From Syntrophomonas sp. (GTDB lineage Bacteria > Bacillota > Syntrophomonadia > Syntrophomonadales > Syntrophomonadaceae): a stretch of 54,086 bases of DNA. Shown in pieces: positions 53,053 through 54,086 of the stretch. Under the pieces are notes generated by a model. That model had not been told where the DNA came from, did not search any database, and saw nothing but the letters and a program-made list of their open reading frames with translations. Each line of letters begins with the position of its first letter. Position 1 is the first letter of the stretch. The stretch lies in the NCBI GenBank assembly GCA_039679805.1, contig JBDKUD010000215.1:1-54086 (forward strand), read 5' to 3'. Made by a program: the position numbers and the translations under genes.

Positions 53053-54051
53053 TTGAAGAAAGTTGTAACGTTGCTCATGGTAGTTCTCCTTATTGCCGGT
53101 CTGGCTGGCTGCGGAGGCAAAGACCAAACCAAAAAGGCTGAAGAGCCGAAGGATACGGCCCAAGTAAAAGTTGGAATTATTCAGATTGTTGAACATCCGG
53201 CATTGGATGCGGCCCGCAAGGGATTTTTGGATCAGCTGGCTAAGGACGGTTATAAGGAAGGCACGAACCTGGTAGTGGAATATGAAAATGCCCAGGGAGA
53301 TCAGGCTAACTTACAGACCATTTCCCAGAAGTTTGTCCAGGATAAATGTGATCTGGTTCTGGCTATTGCTACCCCTTCAGCAGTTGCTATGGCAAATGCC
53401 ACAGCCGATATACCAATTCTTATTACAGCTGTAACTGATCCGGTTAGTGCTAAGTTGGTAAAAAGCAATGAGAAACCGGGTACTAATGTAACCGGTACAA
53501 CCGATATGAATCCGGTTAAAGACCAGTTGAAACTGATCAAAGATATTGTACCAGGAGCCAAAAAGGTTGGTATCCTTTATAACTCCAGTGAAGTTAACTC
53601 TCAGGTGCAGGTAGACATCGCGGAAAAGGCAGCTCCTGAATTAGGACTGGGACTGGTAAAAGTAACAGTTACTGCCAGCAGCGAAGTTATGCAGGCGGCC
53701 CAATCATTGGTAGGAAGAGTAGATGCTATTTATCTGCCTACTGACAACATGGTAATATCCTCAATAGCCTCAGTTCTTAAAGTAGCTGAGGAGAATAAAA
53801 TACCAGTTATCGCTGGTGAGAGCAATTCAGTTGAGAGCGGTGCCCTGGCTACTGTAGGGATTGATTATTACAAACTCGGTCAGACCACCGGCCAAATGGC
53901 TGTTAAGGTGATTAAGGGTGAGAAGCCGCAGAATATGGCTATTCAAGGTCAGGCAGGAACTGATCTGGTTCTTAACCTTAAAGCTGCTAAAAATATGGGT
54001 GTTACTATTTCACAAGACATGATAGCAAAGGCAAAAAAAGTAATTAAGTAA
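53053..54051 (+). CDS. ABC transporter substrate-binding lipoprotein (ABC_sub_bind / PF04392-like)
   Basis: TTG start 8 nt after GGGAGG, lipobox LAGC. KVGIIQIVEHPALDAARKGF and AIATPSA...IPILITAVTDPV are typical of the family. Confidence 0.8.
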   Translation: MKKVVTLLMVVLLIAGLAGCGGKDQTKKAEEPKDTAQVKVGIIQIVEHPALDAARKGFLDQLAKDGYKEGTNLVVEYENAQGDQANLQTISQKFVQDKCDLVLAIATPSAVAMANATADIPILITAVTDPVSAKLVKSNEKPGTNVTGTTDMNPVKDQLKLIKDIVPGAKKVGILYNSSEVNSQVQVDIAEKAAPELGLGLVKVTVTASSEVMQAAQSLVGRVDAIYLPTDNMVISSIASVLKVAEENKIPVIAGESNSVESGALATVGIDYYKLGQTTGQMAVKVIKGEKPQNMAIQGQAGTDLVLNLKAAKNMGVTISQDMIAKAKKVIK

Positions 54052-54063
54052 AAGGTGATTGAT

Positions 54064-54086
54064 TTGATAACAAGTGTCTGGTTCGG
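54064..54086 (+). CDS. Possible 5' end of the cognate ABC permease gene (runs off the window)
   Basis: TTG 5 nt after AAGGTGA. Only 7 codons are visible (LITSVWF). Confidence 0.3.

Noticed and set aside
52854-53141. A plus-strand 95-aa ORF spanning the leader, the terminator and the start of the binding-protein gene.
   Set aside because: It reads through an intrinsic terminator and overlaps a well-supported lipoprotein gene in another frame.

Overview
The window looks like a Gram-positive anaerobe (Clostridia-type) chromosome, judging by strong GGAGG ribosome-binding sites, frequent TTG/GTG starts, SLH cell-wall anchors and riboswitch-plus-terminator leaders. It falls into four blocks.

- **1-9382:** a lipoate-assembly and lipoyl-carrier cluster. 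It holds the lipA 3' end, two GcvH-like carriers, two LplA-family ligases, a geranylgeranyl-reductase-type flavoprotein, two radical-SAM proteins, and a GlcD-type FAD oxidase paired with an HdrD/GlcF-type CCG iron-sulfur protein.
- **9424-17688:** a TPP-riboswitch-controlled thiamine operon. It holds a thiD-thiE fusion, thiC, an MBL hydrolase, a YkoF-like binder, a ThiXYZ-type ABC importer, thiM and a HAD hydrolase.
- **17749-52809:** a MOT1-family molybdate transporter followed by an accessory island of about 33 kb. The island encodes very large secreted SLH/Big_5/FN3/RCC1/NHL surface proteins, a MoxR-DUF58-transglutaminase-like operon, a FecCD/BtuCDF-class ABC importer and three tandem paralogues of an uncharacterised enzyme-like family.
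- **52824-54086:** a terminator-containing leader and a lipoprotein ABC substrate-binding protein.

The most striking observation is five copies of a Moco/Wco-type riboswitch aptamer, four of them followed by intrinsic terminators. They sit in front of the surface-protein genes, the MoxR operon and the ABC/paralogue operon, not in front of cofactor-biosynthesis genes. I recognised no rRNA, tRNA, CRISPR array, transposase or integrase. All calls come from reading the sequence and from remembered family motifs; no searches or computations were run.
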